From: Spirosomataceae bacterium
Lineage (GTDB): Bacteria > Bacteroidota > Bacteroidia > Cytophagales > Spirosomataceae
Direction of reading: 5' to 3'
Assembly (NCBI GenBank): GCA_037191015.1
Contig: JBBCKD010000004.1
Span: forward strand, 4,013 to 68,012
Length of the DNA stretch: 64,000 bases
The position numbers were made by a program, and so were the translations under genes. Position 1 is the first letter of the stretch, and every line of letters begins with the position of its first letter. Below are positions 40,596 through 48,270 of the stretch, one piece after another. The notes under the pieces were generated by a model. It had not been told where the DNA came from, did no database searches, and saw only the letters and a program-made list of their open reading frames with translations.

Positions 40596-42074
40596 ATGTC
40601 GCATAAAACTCCGAAACCCGCTTTTACGATCAGGCTGCTCCTGCTGTGCAGCCTGATCCTCCCGGCTGAATACCTGAAAGCACAGCAGAATACCCACCCC
40701 GATGCCAGGTTTGCCGAAGCCGCGATACTGCAAAAGAAAGCAAACGGCTTCAAAGGGATCTGGTACATGAACCAGCCCTCCAACGACGAATACGTGTATA
40801 AATACAGCGGCGGCCTGGGGACCTACCCTGCCAATCACCGGCCTTTTGCCATTTATGCCCGGGAAGTAAACAAAACTTTCTTCTGCTTCGGAGGCACTGA
40901 CGACGATAACAGCACGCTCTATCACAATGTCTCTTACTATGACCACAAAACCGGGAAAGTAGCCAATCCCCTGATCCTGCTTAATAAAAACACCATCGAT
41001 GCACATGATAATCCGGTTATCTCGATCGATGACAAAGGTTATATCTGGATATTCTCGACTTCGCACGGCACTACGAGGCCGTCCTATATCCACAAGAGCA
41101 AAAAGCCGTATGATATAGAGGCTTTCGAAACGGTTAAAGCGACCGAGCTGGTCAACGGAGAAGAGAAGCCCTTTAATAATTTTTCCTACTTCCAGGTGTA
41201 TCACCAGAAAGGAAAGGGTTTCCTGGCCCTATTCACCAAATACAGCGACTGGGGAAACAGGGTGATCGGGTATAATACCAGTAAAGACGGGGTCAAATGG
41301 GGTGAGTGGAAAGTGATAGCGCATATCGAGCAGGGACACTACCAGATCAGTGCAGGCACTGACGGCAAGATCGCGGTGGCATTCGACTTCCATCCGCAGG
41401 GAAAAGGCCTTAATTACCGGACCAACCTGCACTACCTGGAAACCACCGATTTCGGCAACAGTTGGAAAACGGTAAACGGGCAGGCCGTCACCCTGCCGCT
41501 TCAATCGCGGGATAACCCCGCGCTGATAAAGGATTTCGTATCGGACGGGCTGAACTGCTACCTGTTGGATATAGCGCTGGACAGCAAGCTCCGGCCATCC
41601 ATCCTGGTGATCTCCAGCAAGGGATATGAAGCGGGGCCGGGCAACGCCCCGAGGCTATGGCGCTTTTTCCGGCATGACGGTTCCCGATGGAACGACAATA
41701 CCGTTACCGAATCGGACAGCAACTATGACATGGGATCCATTTTTTTCGAAAATGACAGGCAAATAAAAATCATCGGACCCACTATAGACGGGCCGCAAGC
41801 CTATAATCCCGGCGGAGAAATAGCCGTATGGTCCACCGCCGACGGCGGAAAGGAATGGAAGCTGGAAAAGCAGCTTACCTCCAAAAGCAATTATAATCAT
41901 ACATATGTAAGAAGGCCTCTGCATGCGCATAAGGATTTTTTCGCGATCTGGGCCGACGGTCATGGGCGCAGGCCGTCCGAATCCTATTTATATTACAGCG
42001 ATTCCAATGGTAAGGTATTCCGGCTCCCGAGACATTTTACCGAAAAGGAAATCCAGGTAAAACCTTTATATTAG
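40596..42074 (+). CDS. BNR-4 repeat beta-propeller protein (secreted)
   Basis: Signal peptide; YSGGLGTY, DAHDNP, SKDG..W and TTDFGNSW Asp-box motifs. Confidence 0.8.
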   Translation: MSHKTPKPAFTIRLLLLCSLILPAEYLKAQQNTHPDARFAEAAILQKKANGFKGIWYMNQPSNDEYVYKYSGGLGTYPANHRPFAIYAREVNKTFFCFGGTDDDNSTLYHNVSYYDHKTGKVANPLILLNKNTIDAHDNPVISIDDKGYIWIFSTSHGTTRPSYIHKSKKPYDIEAFETVKATELVNGEEKPFNNFSYFQVYHQKGKGFLALFTKYSDWGNRVIGYNTSKDGVKWGEWKVIAHIEQGHYQISAGTDGKIAVAFDFHPQGKGLNYRTNLHYLETTDFGNSWKTVNGQAVTLPLQSRDNPALIKDFVSDGLNCYLLDIALDSKLRPSILVISSKGYEAGPGNAPRLWRFFRHDGSRWNDNTVTESDSNYDMGSIFFENDRQIKIIGPTIDGPQAYNPGGEIAVWSTADGGKEWKLEKQLTSKSNYNHTYVRRPLHAHKDFFAIWADGHGRRPSESYLYYSDSNGKVFRLPRHFTEKEIQVKPLY

Positions 42075-42140
42075 CTGCTGTTCATCTCTTTCTCCGGGCA
42101 GGGAAGCGCCATTCCCTGTCCCTTTTAACCTGTTTTCTCA

Positions 42141-43556
42141 ATGCGCAACCTGACTTTTCCGGCAAGCATCATTTTCCTGGCTTTCCTGCTTTTCCTGGTC
42201 TGTTTCAGCCCGGCTTTCGCTCAATCTCCTATCCACAACCAGAAAATCAACGGATACAAGGGCATCTGGTTCACCCTGGGACAATTTTCCGACTACGGCG
42301 ACAAATATTCCGGCGGGCTCGGGACCTATACCGCCAAACACATTCCCCTCGCTATCTATGCGCCGGAAGTTGAAAAAACTTTCTTCGTCTACGGGGGCAC
42401 TACCGGTCCTTATGATACCCACCTGCTTTGTATGGCGGGTGTTTTCGACCACAAAACCGGGAAAGTTTCAAGGCCGGTTATCGTGTACGACAAAATGGGC
42501 GTCGACGACCCCCATGACAATCCCAGCCTGGCCATGGACGACAAAGGCTATATCTGGGTATTTGTCAGCGGCCGCGGACGGACGAGAATGGGGTTTAAGT
42601 ACCGCAGCCGGGAGCCGTATTCCGTCGATGTATTCGACCAGGTACGGGAGGAGGAAATGACCTATCCGCAGCCGAAGTATATCCCGGGAAAAGGCTTCCT
42701 TCATCTTTTCACCAAATATACCGGAACCAGGGAGCTCTACTTCGAAACCTCGCCCGACGGCGTTACATGGACGGAAGACCAGAAGCTCTCCGGGATGAAA
42801 AGAGCCGGAGATACCAATAGCGGGCACTACCAGATCAGCGGGCAGCACGGCGAAAAAGTCTGCTTCTTTTTCAACTGGCACCCTAACGGCAACGTCGATC
42901 TGCGGACCAATATCTACTATATGCAGACTACCGATTTTGGAAAAACCTGGACTACCATCGACGGGAAAAAGCTGGATATTCCCCTGAAAGACATTGATTC
43001 CCAGGCCAGGGTGATGGAATATTTCAGCCAGGGGAAGAACGTCTATATCAAGGATGTGAACTTCGACGAAAGAGGCAACCCGATCGCCATCTATCTCGCC
43101 GGTCCGGGGCACCAGCCCGGACCGCTCAACGGACCCCGGCAATGGTACGTGCTGTACTGGAACGGCAAAGCATGGGAGAATTACCCTATTACTACTTCAG
43201 ATCACAATTATGACGCCGGGAGCCTTTTTGTAGACGGGAACGAATGGACTGTCATAGCTCCTACGGAAAATACCCCTCAGCAATGGGGTGGCGGCGGCGA
43301 GGTCGTCATGTGGAAGAGCACGGATAAAGGAAAAAGCTGGACAAGAGCCAAGCAGCTTACCAGGAAAAGCGAGCGAAACCATAATTATATCCGCAAAGTC
43401 GTTAACGGAAGTGATCCTTTCAGGTACTTCTGGGCTGACGGGAATCCCGACAGGAGGAGCGAATCACTGCTCTATTTTGGCGACAGCAAAGGAAACGTAT
43501 GGCAGCTGCCGTATGACATGGCCGGTGACTGGCAGACACCCGTGAGGGTAAGATAG
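42141..43556 (+). CDS. BNR-4 repeat beta-propeller protein (paralog of the preceding gene)
   Basis: Signal peptide; YSGGLGTY, DPHDNP, SPDGVTW, TTDFGKTW, STDKGKSW. Confidence 0.8.
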   Translation: MRNLTFPASIIFLAFLLFLVCFSPAFAQSPIHNQKINGYKGIWFTLGQFSDYGDKYSGGLGTYTAKHIPLAIYAPEVEKTFFVYGGTTGPYDTHLLCMAGVFDHKTGKVSRPVIVYDKMGVDDPHDNPSLAMDDKGYIWVFVSGRGRTRMGFKYRSREPYSVDVFDQVREEEMTYPQPKYIPGKGFLHLFTKYTGTRELYFETSPDGVTWTEDQKLSGMKRAGDTNSGHYQISGQHGEKVCFFFNWHPNGNVDLRTNIYYMQTTDFGKTWTTIDGKKLDIPLKDIDSQARVMEYFSQGKNVYIKDVNFDERGNPIAIYLAGPGHQPGPLNGPRQWYVLYWNGKAWENYPITTSDHNYDAGSLFVDGNEWTVIAPTENTPQQWGGGGEVVMWKSTDKGKSWTRAKQLTRKSERNHNYIRKVVNGSDPFRYFWADGNPDRRSESLLYFGDSKGNVWQLPYDMAGDWQTPVRVR

Positions 43557-43585
43557 CGGCCGGGAATCAGCTGCCAGCCTCAAAT

Positions 43586-43625
43586 TACAGGTTTTCCTGT
43601 ATGTAAATTCCGGGTTTCCCTGTAT
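43586..43625 (+). promoter_or_regulatory. tandem operator-like repeat upstream of the T9SS cargo gene
   Basis: CAGGTTTTCCTGTAT (43588) and CGGGTTTCCCTGTAT (43611); first copy lies within palindrome TACAGG-N4-CCTGTA. Confidence 0.5.
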
Positions 43626-43695
43626 AGGAAGCAGGTGCTGGTCTCAATACCTTCGTTTGTGAATTTGAATCTTAACAATTTACAGACAGAACAAT

Positions 43696-45831
43696 ATGAG
43701 ACCAGCGCTACTCTCGTTATTACTTGCGGTTTTCAGCGGTGCCGCGAGCTTCTCCCAGCTACTTACCTCTCCCCCGTCGCCGAACTATAGCAGTTCAATC
43801 TTCCACCAGTCCATTGCTTTTCAGAATACGTCCCGGTATGTGTTCTTCCACGACTATAACGACGTACTTGAATATAATCTCGACCAGGATTTTACGATAG
43901 AGTTCTGGGTAAAAATACCCTCATCCGTAACCCCCGGCACCCTGGTCTTGCGTACCAGCAACTTTGATATCAACTTCGGATCCAGCGATGACGGGAACGG
44001 CAACCTTACACCCGGGCTTTTATTCCTGGTCAAATCGTATGACCCGGCAGGGCACGAGTTTCCGGGAGAAGATTTCCGGTATCACCTGATGGCACAGGAT
44101 ATTCCCTATTTTAACGACTGGTTTCATGTAGCCATTGTCAGGAACCGTTACATGTCTTTGCCGTTTCATCCTGAAAATACCTTCGCCGGTTATATGCGCA
44201 TGTACATAAACGGTATTTCCCAATATCAGAACGCTGCCCCCCAGGAAGACCTGCTGCCATTGAACGGAGGGGGTATCGGGCTGGCGGAAGGCTACACGGC
44301 CTATCTTAAAATAGATGAGCTGCGCATCTGGAATACGGCCCGGAGCGCCCCGGAGGTCTATACTTATATGAACCAGCCCATTCCCCGCAATACAGCGGGC
44401 CTGATGGCTTATTACAGCTTTGATCATGACGACCCTAACAGCTCTCACTACGATAATTCAGCCAGCCGGGCTGTTCCCAATGAGTCCAGGGGAATAGGAA
44501 GCCCCGCAACGGATGATAATGAAGATGAGCACCCGCTCGCCGGTTTTATCTATGGTACGGGACCTACGCCTGTTTTCGGGCCTGATAAGGAATTCATATC
44601 AGTTGCAGACGGCGACTGGGATGACCCGGATACCTGGGGAGGGGAAGTCCCGCGGGAAGATGAAATCGTCACAATCGCCAATAGCGTAACGCTGGACAAA
44701 CCCAGGACACAGGGCGGGATTATTTTCCGGGGCCCTGACCTGGCTATGCGGACTTCCGTGTCGTCACCCGGCGAGAAACTGGTTTATACCAATGGGAATA
44801 CGCTGCGCCTGCTCTCTCCTCCTACCGGCGGAAACGAAAGCAGCTACATCATTACCAATGGAGGAGGAAATCTTGTCGTTGAAAATATCCCGTACGTCGG
44901 TATACAGATTCCGATCGGCACCGGGACTGCCTACCGGCCGGTTTCCATTTCCCAGCCGGCAGGATACCAGTTCATCTCTTTCTCCTTTTACGCGAGAGAC
45001 GAAATATCTCCAGCCGTATCAGGCGCGGCTGCAGTCGTTAATGCTTCGTGGGACCTCGCTCCGCTAACGCCCGGGCCGGCTACTTCCTACCGGATTAAAT
45101 TTCAATGGAACACGTCCGACGAACGGATTAATTTTTCCAGGAGCAATGCTTCAGTGGCCAACTATCATAATAGCAACTGGAATAAACTTGCTTCCCAAAG
45201 CCTGGAAACGATAAACAGCACTACCTATGCGCTGGCGGCCGACGTGACCGACTTCTCCCCGTTCATCATCACCAGCGATGAAACTTCTCTGCCGGTCAGG
45301 CTGGCCAGTTTCGATATTTCCAGAGAAGGTGCTGTCGCCATATTGAAGTGGTCGGCCTCTGAGGCTTCCAACTTCTCAAGGTTTGAAGTAGAAAGAAGCG
45401 CCGATACCAAAACATGGACAACCATAGGGGCCGAGCACGCTCCGAAACAAGGGTCTTCAATAAAACATTATGCTTATTACGATCCTACGCCGGCCACCCT
45501 TTCCGGGAGGCTGTATTACAGGATTAAAATGGTAGATCTTGACGACAGCTACGCCTACAGTCCTGTCAGATCTATTGCCTGGAAGACATCCGCCCAATTG
45601 GGTGTTTATCCGAACCCGGCAGAGAAACAATCCGAAATCCGGCTTAAATTTCCCGGAGGATTCAGCAACGCGGACTTACAGATCATCTCCCTAAACGGCC
45701 TCGAAGTATACCGCCTGGCCGGCTTTTCCGGCGGGGCGGTAAAGCTCCCGGATATACCGGCCGGCCTTTATATCCTCTCGGTAAAAGACCATAACGGGCA
45801 AGTTCACAAAGAAAAAATTCTGATCAGGTAA
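43696..45831 (+). CDS. T9SS-secreted LamG/ConA-like domain protein
   Basis: Signal peptide; FTIEFWVK...IDELRIWN LamG fold; LPVRLASF Ig-like domain; VYPNP...GLYIL type A CTD. Confidence 0.88.
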   Translation: MRPALLSLLLAVFSGAASFSQLLTSPPSPNYSSSIFHQSIAFQNTSRYVFFHDYNDVLEYNLDQDFTIEFWVKIPSSVTPGTLVLRTSNFDINFGSSDDGNGNLTPGLLFLVKSYDPAGHEFPGEDFRYHLMAQDIPYFNDWFHVAIVRNRYMSLPFHPENTFAGYMRMYINGISQYQNAAPQEDLLPLNGGGIGLAEGYTAYLKIDELRIWNTARSAPEVYTYMNQPIPRNTAGLMAYYSFDHDDPNSSHYDNSASRAVPNESRGIGSPATDDNEDEHPLAGFIYGTGPTPVFGPDKEFISVADGDWDDPDTWGGEVPREDEIVTIANSVTLDKPRTQGGIIFRGPDLAMRTSVSSPGEKLVYTNGNTLRLLSPPTGGNESSYIITNGGGNLVVENIPYVGIQIPIGTGTAYRPVSISQPAGYQFISFSFYARDEISPAVSGAAAVVNASWDLAPLTPGPATSYRIKFQWNTSDERINFSRSNASVANYHNSNWNKLASQSLETINSTTYALAADVTDFSPFIITSDETSLPVRLASFDISREGAVAILKWSASEASNFSRFEVERSADTKTWTTIGAEHAPKQGSSIKHYAYYDPTPATLSGRLYYRIKMVDLDDSYAYSPVRSIAWKTSAQLGVYPNPAEKQSEIRLKFPGGFSNADLQIISLNGLEVYRLAGFSGGAVKLPDIPAGLYILSVKDHNGQVHKEKILIR

Positions 45832-45905
45832 TTTCGCAACTTACCCATTTCTAACCGCTTACCGGAATGACCGAAAAAAAAGCAACTTTTTTTTAACATC
45901 AACTA

Positions 45906-45936
45906 TTGCTTCTTAAACTGGCAACCCCCATCTTTG
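45906..45936 (+). promoter_or_regulatory. tRNA promoter (-33 TTG, -7 CATCTTTG)
   Basis: Bacteroidota sigma70-like boxes about 70 nt upstream of the tRNA. Confidence 0.55.
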
Positions 45937-46006
45937 CACCGCGTTTGAACGAAACGCCTAGTGATTTCAGGAACGTGGAATAACTAACGAAGTAGGAGTA
46001 CCAGTC

Positions 46007-46078
46007 GGCCCATTCGTCTAGCGGTTAGGACACGACCCTTTCACGGTTGAAACAGGGGTTCGATTCCCCTATGGGTCA
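46007..46078 (+). tRNA. tRNA-Glu (TTC)
   Basis: GGCCCAT/ATGGGTC acceptor stem, anticodon arm CGACC-CTTTCAC-GGTTG, T-arm GGTTCGATTCC; CCA not encoded. Confidence 0.97.
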
Positions 46079-46081
46079 CTT

Positions 46082-46116
46082 AAGGAGACACTGCCTAGCA
46101 GTTGTCTCCTTTTTTT
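46082..46116 (+). terminator. intrinsic terminator after tRNA-Glu
   Basis: AAGGAGACACTGC-CTA-GCAGTTGTCTCCTT followed by T run. Confidence 0.85.
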
Positions 46117-46275
46117 ATGTCAATAAGAGTTTATGTGTCAGGCTGTTACTGCCAGGACATTTCTAGTTCGATCTTTGTGACCGGAATTTTTAAGTTGACG
46201 TATAAGACTTCCTAAAAAACCTGCTTCAGGATATATTTACGGCAATTTTTTGGAAGTTCGATTTCTACTTAGGGA

Positions 46276-46434
46276 TTAGAATGCCTTGCTTTTAGCTGGT
46301 ATCTTGTTATTCTTTGCCATGAGATATAGGAAGTCTAGTATAACAGCCGCTTCTTCTTCATCCAACTCAATACCATTCTTTGCCAATATCGCGATTGTTC
46401 CCCTAACTGAAACCTTTTTATCGATAAAATTCAT
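46276..46434 (-). CDS. unannotated 52-aa protein
   Basis: Hand translation MNFIDKKVSVRGTIAILAKNGIELDEEEAAVILDFLYLMAKNNKIPAKSKAF*. Confidence 0.7.
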   Translation of the reverse strand: MNFIDKKVSVRGTIAILAKNGIELDEEEAAVILDFLYLMAKNNKIPAKSKAF

Positions 46435-47019
46435 ATTAGTTGCCTTTTCCCCTGGCGTTCCGTTGATAATATTTTTGATAGCGCACTATTCAGCCCCAGA
46501 TAGATATTCCCTGTTTGAAAATCAACCTCAAGCGAGGAATAAGATTAACAATATGTCGCTTATCTGCCGTGTCCAGGCTTGAGAACACTTTATCCTGTCT
46601 GCTACTGATATGCTAAACACATTCGCCATAAAGGAAACGACAAATGGCCCCAACGTAGACATGAGAATTAACCTAATCGCAAGAAATTAACCCGCTCGTC
46701 CATTTCCCCGTGATTAACAATGAGTATCTTTTCATCTTCCTGTAAAAAAATCGTTATTCTGATCCAAACTAACCGGGGTTGTTTCTGCTGAAATATGGCA
46801 CGTATTTCATAATCCCAAAGCATCCCTTATCATTATCAACAGCCTTGCACTCTCGTAGAACGATGTAATTGTTATTGAAACCTTTATACAACTACTATCC
46901 TCGCGTTCAGAAAGAATACAAAATTGGAGCCTACATTAGAAGCCATTCGATAAATAGTAAACTGAGGTAGGTAGGCAATTTGCCATATCATGAGCTGCCC
47001 CTTGTAACTGTCAGGTACA

Positions 47020-47961
47020 ATGACAAATGAAATGGTCGATATCCGTTACCTGAATGAAAGGTCGGACTATGGAAACTACAAAATAAGTGAGAAGCAGATC
47101 CAGACTCCTGACGGATTGTTTTTTTCTATCCAAACGATTATTTGTCAGGATGAAGGTGAGATCGAAATAAGGTGTTCGCCGCATAGCTTTATCTTTCTAC
47201 TTGTTCTCAAATCCAGCAGCCAAGGGTACACCGAAGTTTATGAGGGAGGAAAGTCGAACTTTAAGACCCATCAATATAATGTATTCAGATCCAGTTTTTA
47301 CCCGGTCCGTGTGAGATGGGATAAGAAAGGGATTATCAAATTTGTTCAGATCGGTATTCCAACGTCCTTTTTAGATAATTTTCTGCCTGATATTGCAGTT
47401 ACCAAACTTAGACCTTACTTGGTTGAAACTTCGACTTTAAGTATTTTTAACAGCTTTATGAATTTTTCAGATACCATCAATAACTCGGCTAAAGCACTTT
47501 TGCAGGATCGTATCGTAAATACATATTTGGGAAACAGTTACTTAAGATTAAGGGCTCATGAGATAATCTTGGAGTTTTTACAGGATTTTGATAACAGGTC
47601 TGAAGACTTGGCTCCTATCCCAAACAATAGCCTTCCTGATCGCGTCAAGGCACGAATGTATCAGGCGAGGGACATAATCTTGGAAAATTTAATAGAACCG
47701 CCTACCATCCAGGAAATAGCTCGGGTCGTAGAAACTAACGAATGTTATCTCAAAGAACAATTTAAGGAGGTCTTTGGTCTTACCCTATATAAATATCGTC
47801 AAAAAGTATTAATGGAGAAAGCACTTAGGATGCTCAAAGATAGTGATACGAAAGTAGCGGAAATTGCCCGACAGGTAGGATACAAGCATGCCACTCATTT
47901 TTGCTCTGCTTTCAAAAAATACTACGGCTTCTCTCCTCGAAACTATCAAAGTCAATCCTAA
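47020..47961 (+). CDS. AraC-family regulator (PchR-like)
   Basis: C-terminal PPTIQEIARVVETNECYLKEQFKEVFG...HFCSAFKKYYGFSP. Confidence 0.9.
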   Translation: MTNEMVDIRYLNERSDYGNYKISEKQIQTPDGLFFSIQTIICQDEGEIEIRCSPHSFIFLLVLKSSSQGYTEVYEGGKSNFKTHQYNVFRSSFYPVRVRWDKKGIIKFVQIGIPTSFLDNFLPDIAVTKLRPYLVETSTLSIFNSFMNFSDTINNSAKALLQDRIVNTYLGNSYLRLRAHEIILEFLQDFDNRSEDLAPIPNNSLPDRVKARMYQARDIILENLIEPPTIQEIARVVETNECYLKEQFKEVFGLTLYKYRQKVLMEKALRMLKDSDTKVAEIARQVGYKHATHFCSAFKKYYGFSPRNYQSQS

Positions 47962-48225
47962 AGATCTGTTGGACAAGCGTGTTTTGGTTTTGACACTATC
48001 AGGGATACTGTCTTCTTAATCGAGTAACTATGGTTGCCATCCCAGGTATTACCATTCGGAAAAGAACAGTCTCAAAGGTTGGTTACGATTTTCATTTTTC
48101 TTATTCGATTTTATTTCTGTTATTAGTAATTTCCATTCCAGGTCAGCATTTGCTGCAAGACTAAACAGGTCTAATATTTTCCCTATTACGTCATATAATT
48201 TTCAACATACGTAATTTATGTTCAT

Positions 48226-48267
48226 TACTTTTGGCGAAGAAAATTAATTTATACTAATTAAAAAGAA
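48226..48267 (+). promoter_or_regulatory. -7 box and weak Fur-box-like AT-rich site before the FecA-like gene
   Basis: TACTTTTG at 48226-48233; ATTTATACTAATTAAAAAG just upstream of the ATG. Confidence 0.4.
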
Positions 48268-48270
48268 ATA

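Noticed and set aside
16962-43556. Long antisense ORFs in the track (e.g. 17475-18185, 19169-20005, 20439-21191, 25347-26069, 30597-31361, 42468-43142)
   Set aside because: They fully overlap well-supported genes on the opposite strand, show no motifs, and are expected shadows of GC-rich codon usage
46276-46434. Calling the small ORF a PTS IIBC component
   Set aside because: 52 aa with no transmembrane domain or phosphorylatable Cys/His motif
46286-46582. 98-aa plus-strand ORF after the tRNA
   Set aside because: TTG start with no recognisable features; it is the antisense shadow of the more protein-like 52-aa minus-strand ORF
46660-46800. Minus-strand DEKILIVNHGEMDER resembling an ABC ATPase C-terminus
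   Set aside because: Only a few matching residues with no Walker or signature context; chance similarity is likely
46880-46970. Plus-strand YKIGAYIRS resembling a serine-recombinase N-terminus
   Set aside because: The catalytic RVS pattern is not preserved and the frame stops shortly after; insufficient support
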